This document shows positions 1-10,951 of a DNA stretch of 64,000 nucleotides, in pieces. The translations under genes were made by a program, and so were the position numbers. The stretch is taken from the NCBI GenBank assembly GCA_963523415.1, contig CAURBR010000006.1, forward strand, positions 1,823 through 65,822, given 5' to 3'. The notes under the pieces were generated by a model. The model saw only the letters and a list, made by a program, of their open reading frames with translations. It was not told the origin of the DNA and searched no databases. The stretch comes from an uncultured Streptococcus sp. (GTDB lineage: Bacteria > Bacillota > Bacilli > Lactobacillales > Aerococcaceae). The first letter of the stretch is position 1. Each line of letters begins with the position of its first letter.

Positions 1-940
1 CCATGCAGATGCGTCCAACAATCGGACAACGAACGCCGTCCACTAAGACTTCCCCTTTATTGTAGGCACGGATAAATCCATCCGCATAGCCAACTGGAAG
101 TGTCGCTACCCATTGTGGTTCATCTGCTGTATAGGTTGCACCGTAGCTCACTGTGTCTCCTGCTTCCAGCTTCTTCACTTTCACCATTTCTGTTTCCCAG
201 CGAAGTGCCGGTGTTAAGGCAGCTTCGTCTTTCAGCGCTAAATCTCCATTGGAAGGATTAATCCCGTAGATTCCAATTCCGTATCGAACAATGGCACTAT
301 CTCCTGCCCCATGCCAAAGCGCATAGGCTGAGTTCGAGTAATGCACGTGTGCTGGTTTGACACTTAATTCATCTACGAGACGGCGAAACTTCTCGATTTG
401 TTTGGTTAACTGTGTCGTGTCGGCTTCGTCGGCGGTCGCAAAATGCGTGAAAATGCCTTCGAATTCAAACGGGCCATCTTGTAGTACGTCTTCAACCGCT
501 GCTAATTCTTCCTCGTTCACCACACCGATACGTCCCATCCCGGAGTCCACGGCAATATGGACTTTTAATGGCGTATCGTTTAAATACTGCGCTGCTTCTT
601 TTAACCATGCTACTGAATCGACACTCGCAGTAATGTTATTTTCAGCTAGGAGTGCGGCATCTTCAACGCGGCTTAGCCCTAAAATTAAAATCGGTTGTGC
701 CAATCCAGCCTCACGTAATCCTAGTCCCTCGTCCAAATTCGCCACACAGAATCCTGTAGCCCCAGCTTCAACCGCTGCTTTTGCTACCGGAATCATCCCA
801 TGTCCGTATGCGTTGGCTTTTACAACAGCATACAATTCTTGAGTAGGGCTCAACTTCGCCAGTTGTTTTTTAATATTTTGTTTTATAATCGATAAATCCA
901 CTACAACTCGTGTATTTCGATGGATGGCTTCTAACATCAT
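1..940 (-). CDS. alr: Alanine racemase (3' end runs off window)
   Basis: Manual minus-strand translation from ATG at 940: MMLEAIHRNTRVVVDL...YAVVKANAYGHG (PLP lysine motif), HIAVDSGMGRIG, ending VGRICM at the window edge; follows acpS. Confidence 0.95.
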   Translation of the reverse strand, partial: MMLEAIHRNTRVVVDLSIIKQNIKKQLAKLSPTQELYAVVKANAYGHGMIPVAKAAVEAGATGFCVANLDEGLGLREAGLAQPILILGLSRVEDAALLAENNITASVDSVAWLKEAAQYLNDTPLKVHIAVDSGMGRIGVVNEEELAAVEDVLQDGPFEFEGIFTHFATADEADTTQLTKQIEKFRRLVDELSVKPAHVHYSNSAYALWHGAGDSAIVRYGIGIYGINPSNGDLALKDEAALTPALRWETEMVKVKKLEAGDTVSYGATYTADEPQWVATLPVGYADGFIRAYNKGEVLVDGVRCPIVGRICM

Positions 941-954
941 TGGTTCATTCCTTT

Positions 955-1317
955 TTATTCGTTGGATTCTAATACGACGACGGCATACGCATCATGATTT
1001 GTATGCGTAATAGTGACCCATGTTTTGTGGGCGTACCGTTTGCACACAAGGACCGGTTTCCCAGACGCATCATTTAAGACTTCGACATCTTGAAAAGACA
1101 CGTGTTGTCCAATTCCCGTTCCCAATGCTTTTGCGCAGGCTTCCTTAGCCGCAAAACGTCCTGCGAGAAACTCCACTTTTCGCTTCGTTGGAAGACTATT
1201 ATATTTCTCTAGCTCTGCTGGAGTCAGCACTTTTTGTAAAAAAGTCTTCGGTTCTGCCACGATTTTTTTAATGCGTGAAAGTTCTACTGCATCCATTCCA
1301 AGTCCTGTAATCGCCAT
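955..1317 (-). CDS. acpS: Holo-ACP synthase
   Basis: GLGMDAVEL, FLAGRFAAKEA, TITH motifs; 120 aa; acpS-alr synteny. Confidence 0.95.
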   Translation of the reverse strand: MAITGLGMDAVELSRIKKIVAEPKTFLQKVLTPAELEKYNSLPTKRKVEFLAGRFAAKEACAKALGTGIGQHVSFQDVEVLNDASGKPVLVCKRYAHKTWVTITHTNHDAYAVVVLESNE

Positions 1318-1392
1318 TGTCGTCTCCTTTAACGTATTTCATTCCTTCATTTTATCAAAATAATGACCATTTGTCAGAAATTTTATCGTTTC

Positions 1393-1956
1393 TTATGATT
1401 CAAAGAGGCCTTTCCATAAAACGACTTCCCCGCTTTCAAGAGACGCCTGCACATCGATAATGCGCTGGTTGCTAGAACCGCGAAACTGCAAAGTTAAATC
1501 CTTCTTCGCAAGTTCAAATCGTCCATCAATTAAAATATCAATCAAGCTGAGCAATTCCAGCTTATCCTCTGTTTCTTGCATCAATTCTTCCCATGTATAA
1601 CCGGTCCACGACCACACATCTTTAGTGTGCCCGTATGCTTGACGAAGAGCTTTTACTAGTGAAAGGCACACGCACGTATTTAAAAATGGCTCGCCTCCAA
1701 GAAGCGTTAAGCCCTGGCAATACGATGCACCGACATCCTCAACGATTTGTGCTTCGAGTTCTTTAGTATACGGAATACCATAGTTAAAATTTTGTGCAAT
1801 GACGTTATAACACCCTTCACAGGCAAAGAGGCAGCCACTCACATACAACGAGCAGCGTACCCCTTCTCCATCGACAAAATTATACGGTTTATAGCTCGCA
1901 ATCTTCCCCCTGGAATACTGCTGAGCAGTCCATTCTTTTGGCTTCGGGTTATTCAT
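1393..1956 (-). CDS. nrdG: Anaerobic ribonucleotide reductase activating enzyme (radical SAM)
   Basis: VDGEGVRCSLYVSGCLFACEGCYN (CxxxCxxC), GGEPF, FRGSSNQR. Confidence 0.96.
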   Translation of the reverse strand: MNNPKPKEWTAQQYSRGKIASYKPYNFVDGEGVRCSLYVSGCLFACEGCYNVIAQNFNYGIPYTKELEAQIVEDVGASYCQGLTLLGGEPFLNTCVCLSLVKALRQAYGHTKDVWSWTGYTWEELMQETEDKLELLSLIDILIDGRFELAKKDLTLQFRGSSNQRIIDVQASLESGEVVLWKGLFES

Positions 1957-4153
1957 CCTCCGTCACCCCAAGCGCATAGCGTTCCTTTATTTTTGGCATA
2001 TGTTTCACACGCGAAGAAATCTCCACGTGACGACCATGCACCATCGGACGTGCTTGCGGATTTCCTAGATAGCCACAAGTCCGTTTGACTACATCACATG
2101 TTTGCGGATCGTGGTTCTTACATTTAGGACATTCGAACCCTTTAGCCGTCGGAGTAAATTCGCCATCAAAGCCACACTTATAACAGTGATCGATTGGTGT
2201 GTTCGTTCCAAGGTATCCGACTTTGTCATATGCAAAATCCCACACGGCTTCCAGTGCCTTCGGATTTTGACGAAGCACTGGATATTCGCAGTAATGGATG
2301 AATCCGCCCGAAGAATACACTGGATAATCTTTCTCGAACTCAATCTTTTCAAATGGCGTTGGATTTTTACGCACATCATAGTGGAAACTATTCGTGTAGT
2401 ATTCTTTCTCCGTAATATCTGGTACGAGACCAAATTTTTCTGTGTCGAGCTTACAGAAACGGTCTGTCAAACTTTCACTCGGAGTCGCATAGACACTGAA
2501 ATGATAACCATATTCGTCCCCCCACGCATCCGTATGGGTCTTCAATAATTTTACAATTTCTAGTGTAAAGGCTTTGGCTTCAGGATTTGTTTCCCAAGCA
2601 GGGCCATAGAAAGCCGTTGCAGCTTCGTAGAGGCCAATATAGCCAAGAGATACAGTGGCTCTTTTATTCCGAAATAATTCATCTACGGGTTCGCCCTTCG
2701 TCAATCGTTTTCCAAAAGCTCCATATTGATACAATATAGGAGCATTTTCTCTTGTAGCTTGTTTACAACGTGTTACCCGATAGACGAGTGCATCCTTACA
2801 AATCATAAGTCTTTCTTCAAAGATTTTCCAGAATTGTTCCAAGTTTCCCTTCGCTTCTAGAGCAATCCTTGGGATATTCAAGGTCACTACTCCTAGATTC
2901 ATTCGTCCGTCATTAACTTCCTGTCCAGTTTCATCTTTCCATCCTTGTAGGAATGACCGACATCCCATCGGCACTTTGAAACTTCCTGTCAAGCGAACAA
3001 TTTGGTCGTAATTCAATACATCAGGATACATTCGTTTGGTTGCACATTCAATGGCTAACTGTTTAACATCGTAGTTGGGATCTTCTGGTTGAAGATTCAC
3101 TCCACGCTTTAGAGTAAATACTAATTTTGGAAAAATGGCTGTCCTATGTTCTACACCGATTCCCTTCATCCGTACTTGCAGAATGGCTTTTTGAATACAC
3201 CGTTCAAAGTGATTCATTCCAAGTCCAAAACCTAGCGTCGTAAACGGCGTTTGTCCTTGTGAACTATAAAGTGTGTTAATTTCATACTCTAAAGACTGCA
3301 TAGCATCGTATATATCTTTCTCCGTCTTCTTCATGGCAAACGCCTTTTGCTTTTCTTTACCGTCAATCCATTCTTTTGCGTCTTTCAGATGCTTTTGATA
3401 ATTCAATTCAGCAAAAGGAGATAGTAATTCATCCACCCGGTTTGCAGAACATCCACCATATTGACTACTTGCCACATTCGCGATTATTTGTGCCATCTGA
3501 GCAGTCGCCGTTTGAATTGATTTTGGCGATTCTACTTCTGCATTTCCGACTTTAAATCCATTATGCAGCATATTTTCAAAATCAATCAGACAGCAATTGG
3601 TCAACGGCATGTAAGGATGGTAATCCAAATCATGATAATGAATATCCCCTTTTAAATGAGCATTCGCAACATGTGGAGGTAACATTTTTAATCCGATAAT
3701 CTTAGCTACTGTTCCAGCCGTTAAATCTCTTTGCGTATTGAAAACCTTACTATCTTTATTCGCATTTTCATTCACAACACTGGCATCTTTATTCGTCAGA
3801 CGAGATAAGGCCCATTGAAAGTCCAGCTGATTTTTCCGCCGTAAGTCCCTATCCACTCGATACGTAATATAAGACTGAGCCAGTTGAGATTCTCCGCTTT
3901 CTATCAATGAATGTTCAATAATATTCTGGATTTCATAAATTTGAACCGTTTCTGTAAATCGATTTGAAATTTCCTTTAGCACATCTTGTGTCAGTGCAGC
4001 TAATTTTTTCTTCCTTGCTTCCGAAACCGTCTCATTCAAACTTTCTTCAGCTTTCAAAATCGCTTGCTCTATTTTTTCTCTTTGAAAAGCTACCGTACGT
4101 CCATCTCTTTTGATAACAACGGTTTTTTCACAATCTTCCTCCTTCATGTTCAT
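1949..4153 (-). CDS. nrdD: Class III anaerobic ribonucleoside-triphosphate reductase
   Basis: N-terminal ATP cone (VIKRDGR), PMGCRS, C-terminal RTCGYLG glycyl-radical motif, zinc ribbon. Confidence 0.97.
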   Translation of the reverse strand: MNMKEEDCEKTVVIKRDGRTVAFQREKIEQAILKAEESLNETVSEARKKKLAALTQDVLKEISNRFTETVQIYEIQNIIEHSLIESGESQLAQSYITYRVDRDLRRKNQLDFQWALSRLTNKDASVVNENANKDSKVFNTQRDLTAGTVAKIIGLKMLPPHVANAHLKGDIHYHDLDYHPYMPLTNCCLIDFENMLHNGFKVGNAEVESPKSIQTATAQMAQIIANVASSQYGGCSANRVDELLSPFAELNYQKHLKDAKEWIDGKEKQKAFAMKKTEKDIYDAMQSLEYEINTLYSSQGQTPFTTLGFGLGMNHFERCIQKAILQVRMKGIGVEHRTAIFPKLVFTLKRGVNLQPEDPNYDVKQLAIECATKRMYPDVLNYDQIVRLTGSFKVPMGCRSFLQGWKDETGQEVNDGRMNLGVVTLNIPRIALEAKGNLEQFWKIFEERLMICKDALVYRVTRCKQATRENAPILYQYGAFGKRLTKGEPVDELFRNKRATVSLGYIGLYEAATAFYGPAWETNPEAKAFTLEIVKLLKTHTDAWGDEYGYHFSVYATPSESLTDRFCKLDTEKFGLVPDITEKEYYTNSFHYDVRKNPTPFEKIEFEKDYPVYSSGGFIHYCEYPVLRQNPKALEAVWDFAYDKVGYLGTNTPIDHCYKCGFDGEFTPTAKGFECPKCKNHDPQTCDVVKRTCGYLGNPQARPMVHGRHVEISSRVKHMPKIKERYALGVTEDE

Positions 4154-4212
4154 TCCTCCTTCAAAATCTAGTATCTATTGTATCACTCAAAAAAGAAAAA
4201 TCAACCCTAAAA

Positions 4213-4259
4213 ACACTATATATTGTGTTTAGATTTATTCTAAATAGCATATATTGCGT
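4213..4259. promoter_or_regulatory. Tandem NrdR boxes upstream of nrdD
   Basis: ACACTATATATTGTGT (4213-4228) and ATAGCATATATTGCGT (4244-4259), 31 bp apart; match the NrdR consensus and spacing. Confidence 0.85.
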
Positions 4260-4318
4260 TTTTGTACTGAAACAAAAAATCCTTTCTCTAGTACTCACAC
4301 TAAAGAAAGGATTTTCAT

Positions 4319-5428
4319 TTACGATTTTGGTATTGCAGCTAATAGGGATTCCCATTCACGCTCCATATCACTGACTAATTTTAATTGTGTACGAGTTCGA
4401 TCTAAATTTTGATTTGGTCGATTCGTTGCATAATAAAGATCCCCATTCAAATAATCAGTTAAGAAACGAATCCCTTGTTCTAGAGTAATGACTCTTGCTC
4501 CCCACGGAAGGTAAGCTAATTCTGTATCTGTTAGAATTCCATTTGCTCCTTCAACGAACCCCTTGGCATACATTTCGAATAAACGTGTGTCTAGCTGTAC
4601 TTTAGATAAATCAACTTCATCTTCATCGCAGTGATTGGCACCAAAGCGAATAGCATCTCCAAAATCGAATAATGCTAATCCAGGCATCACGGTATCAAGG
4701 TCAACAATACATAAAGGATTCTTTGTATGGGAATCAAATAAGATATTATTTAATTTCGTATCATTATGGGTCACTCTAAGAGGTAGTTTCCCTTCATCTA
4801 ACAAATCATAGAGAAGATAACAATCCTGTTTTCGTTTACGAATAAATTCAATTTCTTCTTGGACATCCTGTACTCTTCCACTTCGATTTTCACGAATTGC
4901 TTCTTCAAATTGGCGATACCGATCTCTTGTATCATGAAACTTTGGAATAACCTCAACTAACTGGCTTGCATCAAATCCATCTAAATCATACGTAAATCTT
5001 CCAAATGCTTTGGCTGTGATGTAGAACTGTTCCTCATTCTCCACATTTTCAATAGAATAACTATCTTCAATAGCATCATAGATTCGCCAAAATGACCCAT
5101 CTTCTAGGGAAGCGACAAGCACCCCTTGTTTGGTTGGAATCACATGCAAGGTTTCTCTTTTAGAATCTCTACCTTCTTGTTCGTACTTTTCTTTCAGAAA
5201 AGTTGTCACCTTCTCAATATTGTCCATTAAGCCAAATACATTTGGAAAAATCTGATGATTGATTTCTTGTAGAACAAAACGTCGAAGGGTTATTCCTTCA
5301 CGTTTGGTGATTTGGTAGGTTTTATTGATTAATCCATTCCCAAGTGGTGTTATTTCCACTAATTCTCCTGGCAAATCATAACATGCGTAAGCTTTCTTTG
5401 CACGTTCTATTGACTTGTCTTCTATCAT
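4319..5428 (-). CDS. APH/choline-kinase-fold phosphotransferase, N-acetylhexosamine 1-kinase (NahK)-like
   Basis: GNGLINKTY, HNDTKLNNILF and VDLDTVMPG kinase motifs, RFLTDYLNGDLYY. Confidence 0.75.
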   Translation of the reverse strand: MIEDKSIERAKKAYACYDLPGELVEITPLGNGLINKTYQITKREGITLRRFVLQEINHQIFPNVFGLMDNIEKVTTFLKEKYEQEGRDSKRETLHVIPTKQGVLVASLEDGSFWRIYDAIEDSYSIENVENEEQFYITAKAFGRFTYDLDGFDASQLVEVIPKFHDTRDRYRQFEEAIRENRSGRVQDVQEEIEFIRKRKQDCYLLYDLLDEGKLPLRVTHNDTKLNNILFDSHTKNPLCIVDLDTVMPGLALFDFGDAIRFGANHCDEDEVDLSKVQLDTRLFEMYAKGFVEGANGILTDTELAYLPWGARVITLEQGIRFLTDYLNGDLYYATNRPNQNLDRTRTQLKLVSDMEREWESLLAAIPKS

Positions 5429-5566
5429 ATTCCTTTTCCCCTTTACCTTTAAACAGTCGTTGCATTTATTGTACCGCTATCACTTCTAAAAAGAAAGATA
5501 TAATCCTAAAAAAAGTGAGGAGCTCTTTCGCCCCCCACTCTCATTGGTCAATATTCGTACTTCCGA

Positions 5567-6148
5567 TTAACGATTTTCCATAATCGCATCAATCAAGCCA
5601 TATTCTAATGCTTCTTGCGCTGTCATGTAGTTATCACGGTCTGTATCTTTTTCGATACGTGATAATTTTTGTCCTGTTTGTTTTGCCAAAATTTTATTTA
5701 AACGTTCACGTGTTTTTAAGATTTGACGTGCAGCAATTTCGATTTCAGTTGCTTGTCCCTGTGCTCCGCCTAAAGGTTGGTGGATTAAGATTTCAGCGTT
5801 TGGTAATGCAAAACGTTTCCCCTTTGCCCCAGCTGTTAATAAGAATGAACCCATTGAAGCTGCTAGACCCATTGCGATTGTTTGAACGTCCGCTTTGATG
5901 AAGTTCATAGTATCGTAAATGGCTAAACCAGCTGTTACACTTCCTCCTGGAGAGTTAATATACATGTAAATATCTTTCTCAGGATCTTGTGCATCTAAGA
6001 AAAGTAATTGAGCGATAATCGCATTCGCCATTTCATCATGGACAGGCCCGCTCACCATGATAATACGGTCTTTTAATAAACGTGAGTATATATCGTAAGC
6101 ACGTTCTCCACGTGAAGATTGCTCGATAACTGTTGGAATTAAATTCAT
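5567..6148 (-). CDS. clpP: ATP-dependent Clp protease proteolytic subunit
   Basis: [37 protein letters not shown]; start moved to ATG 6148 after a GGAGG RBS. Confidence 0.97.
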   Translation of the reverse strand: MNLIPTVIEQSSRGERAYDIYSRLLKDRIIMVSGPVHDEMANAIIAQLLFLDAQDPEKDIYMYINSPGGSVTAGLAIYDTMNFIKADVQTIAMGLAASMGSFLLTAGAKGKRFALPNAEILIHQPLGGAQGQATEIEIAARQILKTRERLNKILAKQTGQKLSRIEKDTDRDNYMTAQEALEYGLIDAIMENR

Positions 6149-6192
6149 TTCAGTATCCTCCATAAGTTGATTTTGTTTCAGTCTACTCTTTT

Positions 6193-6209
6193 AGTCAATA
6201 AAGGTCAAT
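6193..6209. promoter_or_regulatory. CtsR heptad direct repeat upstream of clpP
   Basis: AGTCAAT-AAA-GGTCAAT matches RGTCAAA-NAN-RGTCAAA. Confidence 0.8.
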
Positions 6210-6220
6210 CTATTTGCTTT

Positions 6221-6415
6221 CTAGTTAATAAAGTTAAAAATCTTATCCCAAACTTCTTTAGAGAAGACCCCAAATGGATTCGATCCCTCACCAAGAACGG
6301 CATAACCAATCATCAATCCGAGAGCAAATAAGATGAGTGCAATCACTACAAAAATCACAATACGAAATAACGCAGTGAATAATAAATGTCTACTATTCTT
6401 TAATTCTTCTTTCAC
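6221..6415 (-). CDS. epuA: EpuA-family small membrane protein
   Basis: ALGLMIGYAVLGEGSNPFGVFSKEVWDKIFNF signature; downstream of mbl. Confidence 0.75.
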   Translation of the reverse strand: MKEELKNSRHLLFTALFRIVIFVVIALILFALGLMIGYAVLGEGSNPFGVFSKEVWDKIFNFIN

Positions 6416-7491
6416 TCTTCTTCTTTCCTTTCCTCATCAACAATATGTGCTGTTGGATTCATGACAACTTTTTTAGCACTAAATAATCTACGAATGCTCG
6501 AGAAAAGCCCTCTTTCAGACTTAATTCGGTTTAACAAGATGCCTGTACCCAACGCTACACTTTGTAGTGGATTTTCTGCCACCATCACAGGAACTTGTAA
6601 TTTTTCTGACAGCATGCGGTCAATTCCATGAATAAGTGCGCCACCACCTGTGACCATCACACCACGTTCAATAATATCCCCGGCTAATTCAGGCGGAGTA
6701 GCTTCTAAAACAAGTCTAGCCTCTTCGCCAATCGTATCAAACATTTCTTTCAAGCAATGATAAATCTCATTCGTATAAATCGTCACTGTTTTTGGTAATC
6801 CTGTCGTCATATCTCGACCTTTTACAATCATGTCTGACTCATTTTCAACTTCGATTGCACTTCCAAGATTCATCTTAATTGCTTCAGCTGTACGTTCCCC
6901 AATAATCAATTGGTATTGATCCTTGATATATTCAGAGATAGCAAAATCCATATTGTCGCCGGCTAATTTAATAGAACGACTCGTTACAGTAGCGCCCATT
7001 GATAAAACAGCAATATCACTCGTTCCGCCACCAATATCAATCACCATGTTCCCAATTGGAGAAAAGATATCTAAGCCCACTCCAACCGCAGCTACTTTCG
7101 GTTCTTCTTCTAAATAAATATTCCGTCCACCACATTTAATTGCCGCTTGAATAATCGCCTTTTGTTCTACCGTGGTGATATTTGTTGGTGTACAAATTAA
7201 AATGTCTGGTTTTGAGAACCAACTATTTAAGTTTAATTTTTGCATAAATAATTCAAGTAGTTGTTCCGTCACTGCAATATCTGCAATGACTCCTCCCTTT
7301 AATGGATGATGTACATTGATTTCTTTTGGCGTACGTCCCACCATTTGATAAGCGCGTTCTCCAACTGCGATAACATCTCCATTCCGTTCATCTAGTGCCA
7401 CTAGAGAAGGTTCATTTAAAATAATGCCACGATCTTTTAGGAATACTAAAATATTCGCTGTTCCTAAATCAATTCCGATATCTCGAACCAT
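6412..7491 (-). CDS. mbl: MreB-like rod-shape protein (Mbl)
   Basis: [24 protein letters not shown] actin-like ATPase motifs; second paralog in window. Confidence 0.85.
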   Translation of the reverse strand: MVRDIGIDLGTANILVFLKDRGIILNEPSLVALDERNGDVIAVGERAYQMVGRTPKEINVHHPLKGGVIADIAVTEQLLELFMQKLNLNSWFSKPDILICTPTNITTVEQKAIIQAAIKCGGRNIYLEEEPKVAAVGVGLDIFSPIGNMVIDIGGGTSDIAVLSMGATVTSRSIKLAGDNMDFAISEYIKDQYQLIIGERTAEAIKMNLGSAIEVENESDMIVKGRDMTTGLPKTVTIYTNEIYHCLKEMFDTIGEEARLVLEATPPELAGDIIERGVMVTGGGALIHGIDRMLSEKLQVPVMVAENPLQSVALGTGILLNRIKSERGLFSSIRRLFSAKKVVMNPTAHIVDEERKEEE

Positions 7492-7505
7492 GAAAGTCTC
7501 CTCTC

Positions 7506-8147
7506 TTATAACCGTTCCTTCGTCTTAAACCCGTTTTTGAATATCCATAATAGATACGAACCTATTAAGAACGCAACTGCTAATCCTAAGCTATATTGCA
7601 ACACTCCAAAAAAGCCGTATTTATCAACATTTAAAAAGAAATATGGGAATGGCCCATCTGGATTATTGCCAATAGGAATACGCGTAGTTAATGCAATCGC
7701 TACTGAAACAATCGCATATAGCAGTGGTAGAATTGTCCAGATAAATGGATCATACCAACGATAGCATTTACCTTTATCAAAAATGATACAATCCAATAAC
7801 GCTCCAAAAGGGACAATATAGTGAGACAAGAAGTTCTCAATAGTCCAAAATTCCTGCGCAGTTTTCAAGGGTGCTAACATAAAATGATAGACAAGACCCG
7901 TTAGCAAAATAGCTACCGTGACTCCTCCCTTCAATCGCATATCCATCTGATTCCAGTGGCCTTTCTTTAGATACTTTACCAATAGATAAGCAAAAAACAC
8001 TCCAACAAGAAGATTCGATTGGTTCGTATAGTAACGAATACCATGCCATCCGTGTAAAGTCATCTGCATTAAAAACCCAATGAGTGCCGAAGCCGTAATG
8101 ACACCTTTGGAAACTAAGCTCCACCTTAAAAAAGTTACTCTTTGCAT
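7506..8147 (-). CDS. Pr6Pr-family integral membrane protein
   Basis: YYTNQSN, LVYHFML, HYIVP, PYFFLN motifs; start placed at MQRVTF after an AAGGA RBS. Confidence 0.75.
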   Translation of the reverse strand: MQRVTFLRWSLVSKGVITASALIGFLMQMTLHGWHGIRYYTNQSNLLVGVFFAYLLVKYLKKGHWNQMDMRLKGGVTVAILLTGLVYHFMLAPLKTAQEFWTIENFLSHYIVPFGALLDCIIFDKGKCYRWYDPFIWTILPLLYAIVSVAIALTTRIPIGNNPDGPFPYFFLNVDKYGFFGVLQYSLGLAVAFLIGSYLLWIFKNGFKTKERL

Positions 8148-8359
8148 GTCATTTTTCTTCCTTTCAATACTCATTCTCCTTATTATACCATATCTATTCT
8201 CTGAATCGATATTAATTACTTGATAGTAAAATTCTCTCATTCCTTTATATCTGGCATCGTATATACAAAACGGGGAAAGGCCTTAAACCTTATCCCCGTT
8301 TGGATTTCTATAGTTGTGATCATCAACCATTCTTTGTCATGAACATCACTTAAGGATCC

Positions 8360-8926
8360 TTACAAACTACTTCTACGGTGATGCGAAAGATCATGCGGGC
8401 TCACAACCGGTGTTGATACGACCCAACGAGCAAAATTCCTAAAAGGAATATACAGAATGTAGTAAATCACAATATTTAAAATTAATGTTGCACTCAATCG
8501 TTGTACCAAGAACTCATTCCAATTCATTCCTGCTACTCCGTGAAGTGCATAGACAAAGTAGACGCCAATTTCTGTAAAACTTAAAAAGCAAACAATCGCT
8601 AATCCTAGTGTAAACGGATTTTGTAAGATATTCGAACGGACTAATCGGATGATTCGGACAATAATGGCGAACAATCCCATATAAACCCCAAGAATCCCCG
8701 AGTAATAACTATCTACGAAAAACCCTGCTATAATTGAAAACCAAAACATTGACTTGTTATCAATCATAAAATTCAACATGACGACTGCAATTACAACAAT
8801 ACGAGGAGTTAAACTATATCCTGAACGAAGAAATAAGGTAGAAAAATGGTTTGTCAAAACACCATCTACTAGGAAAGAAATAATAAAGATAATTAACACC
8901 CAGTAAACTCTTTTCGAGACACGCAT
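8360..8926 (-). CDS. mreD: Rod shape-determining protein MreD
   Basis: Hydrophobic 188 aa, GFFVDSYYSGILG motif, after mreC. Confidence 0.9.
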   Translation of the reverse strand: MRVSKRVYWVLIIFIISFLVDGVLTNHFSTLFLRSGYSLTPRIVVIAVVMLNFMIDNKSMFWFSIIAGFFVDSYYSGILGVYMGLFAIIVRIIRLVRSNILQNPFTLGLAIVCFLSFTEIGVYFVYALHGVAGMNWNEFLVQRLSATLILNIVIYYILYIPFRNFARWVVSTPVVSPHDLSHHRRSSL

Positions 8927-9774
8927 TATTGTCCCTCGCTTTCGCTGGAACGAATAACTACTGTCACATAACGAACATCGTTAGTATCTGCTGCTGGATG
9001 GATTTTCACTTCTTTGTAGAGACCAAAGCGATCCATTGCGACCTCTTCAACTGTTCCAATGTATAAGGAATTTGGAGAAATGCCTCCTAGCCCACTTGTT
9101 ACAACTTTATCTCCGACCTTAATGTCTTGTGTCGCTTGAATTTGACTCATAACTAGTGTATTTGTCTTGTCATCATAACCCGTAATGGTTCCATAAATTG
9201 GTTCTTTTTCATTCTGAATCATAGCAGCAACACGAATCAACGTATTATCGGCATTTGATAATAACGCTACACGAGCACTCGTTGGATTTACGTCCATGAC
9301 TTTACCAACAAGTCCATTATCACTCATTACAGACATTTGTGGTTGAATACCGTCATTTGATCCTTTATTAATCGTAATGACATCACGCCATGTATCCGGA
9401 TTTCGAGCAATTACCGTTGCATTCACCAACGTATAATCATTCAGTGTATCCTGCAACTTAAGCGTTTCTTTCATTTTTTGGTTATCTCGTTTTAACTCAC
9501 TCAATTGAACTTCTAATTCATGAATGGTATCAATTTTTTGTTTTAATGATTGATTTTCTTGATAGGTATTTGATAAATCATTCACGCTATCGATAAAATC
9601 ATTAATACTATTTGCTGGATAAGAGACTACTCTTCCGAGAATATTGGTTACATCATTAACACCTTGAGTCACGATATTATTGCCATAAGTAAAGGAATAC
9701 ATCATCAATGCTAATGCGACGATAATTCCAAGTACCCAACCAATTAGTTTCTTATTTGAAAAAATTGGATTCAC
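8926..9774 (-). CDS. mreC: Rod shape-determining protein MreC
   Basis: N-terminal TM, coiled coil, INKGSNDGI, VVTSGLGG. Confidence 0.93.
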   Translation of the reverse strand: MNPIFSNKKLIGWVLGIIVALALMMYSFTYGNNIVTQGVNDVTNILGRVVSYPANSINDFIDSVNDLSNTYQENQSLKQKIDTIHELEVQLSELKRDNQKMKETLKLQDTLNDYTLVNATVIARNPDTWRDVITINKGSNDGIQPQMSVMSDNGLVGKVMDVNPTSARVALLSNADNTLIRVAAMIQNEKEPIYGTITGYDDKTNTLVMSQIQATQDIKVGDKVVTSGLGGISPNSLYIGTVEEVAMDRFGLYKEVKIHPAADTNDVRYVTVVIRSSESEGQ

Positions 9775-9808
9775 ATCATCACTCCTCTTTATTATTTTTC
9801 ATTAGACT

Positions 9809-10810
9809 CTATTTTTTCATTAACGATGGATTCTTCAAAATAGTACCTGTTCCCAAAGCTACGCAATCTAGTGGATCATTTGCCACAAATGCTGGTACTT
9901 GTGTTTCTTTTGAAATCATCTCGGCTAAGTTTCGAAGCATAGCTCCTCCACCTGTCAAGACAATACCATGGTCAATAACGTCCGCTGAAATTTCTGGTGG
10001 TGTTTGTTCTAACACATCTTTCACGGCATCTAAAATTTGATGAATAATCTCACTCATCGCTACTGCAATTTCTGTTGCTGGTACTTCAACAACTCTTGGT
10101 AATCCCGTTACCATATCACGGCCACGTACTTGCATACTTCCTTCCGCTTTTTCTACAGAAGCCGATCCTAAATTAATTTTTAGTTCTTCTGCTGTACGTT
10201 CGCCAATTAGTAAGTTATAGGTCTTACGAACATGCTGAACAATCGATTCATTCAGCTCATCTCCACCTACTCGGATAGAACGGCTATTAACAATTCCTCC
10301 TAGAGAAATTGTTGCTACGTCCGTTGTTCCTCCGCCAATATCAACAATCATACTTCCTGTAGGATCTGTCACGGGTAAGCCAGCTCCGACCGCTGCTGCG
10401 AATGGTTCCTCCACAACATAGGCTTCTTTCGCTCCTGCGTATTTTGTAGCGTCTAATACTGCTCTTTTTTCAACATCTGTAATGCCACTTGGCACACAAA
10501 TAATAACAACCGGCTTAAAGAAAGAACGTCCCACAATCGATTGAATAAAGTATTTTAACATTGCTGTTGTAGTATTATAGTCTGCAATCACGCCATCCTT
10601 CATTGGGCGTAAAGCCACGATGTTTTCCGGAGTTCTTCCAATCATTTCAAATGCTGATTTTCCTACTGCGATAATTTCTTCTGTTACGATATTTTTTGCG
10701 ACAACGGAAGGTTCACGTGTAACGATGCCTTCGTCTTCAAGATAGACAATCGTGTTAGCTGTTCCTAGGTCAATTCCAATATTTTGTGCTTTTAAATTAA
10801 ATGCAACCAC
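9809..10810 (-). CDS. mreB: Rod shape-determining protein MreB
   Basis: [24 protein letters not shown]; heads mreBCD. Confidence 0.95.
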   Translation of the reverse strand: MVAFNLKAQNIGIDLGTANTIVYLEDEGIVTREPSVVAKNIVTEEIIAVGKSAFEMIGRTPENIVALRPMKDGVIADYNTTTAMLKYFIQSIVGRSFFKPVVIICVPSGITDVEKRAVLDATKYAGAKEAYVVEEPFAAAVGAGLPVTDPTGSMIVDIGGGTTDVATISLGGIVNSRSIRVGGDELNESIVQHVRKTYNLLIGERTAEELKINLGSASVEKAEGSMQVRGRDMVTGLPRVVEVPATEIAVAMSEIIHQILDAVKDVLEQTPPEISADVIDHGIVLTGGGAMLRNLAEMISKETQVPAFVANDPLDCVALGTGTILKNPSLMKK

Positions 10811-10951
10811 GCTTTTTCCTCCTTCGATAATTCTTCTACAGACTCTGCTGTAAGAATTCTATTCTAGTATATCAGAATTTGGGTTTTTATTCTTGTATTT
10901 TATAGATTTTTAGGAAACTTTTTTATTTCGTAATATTAAAACGGTTTCTGT

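Noticed and set aside
357..842. Plus-strand 161-aa ORF and the many similar antisense ORFs in the track (e.g. 2102-2548, 12389-12838, 54435-54854)
   Set aside because: Shadow frames of well-supported opposite-strand genes; no RBS or motifs
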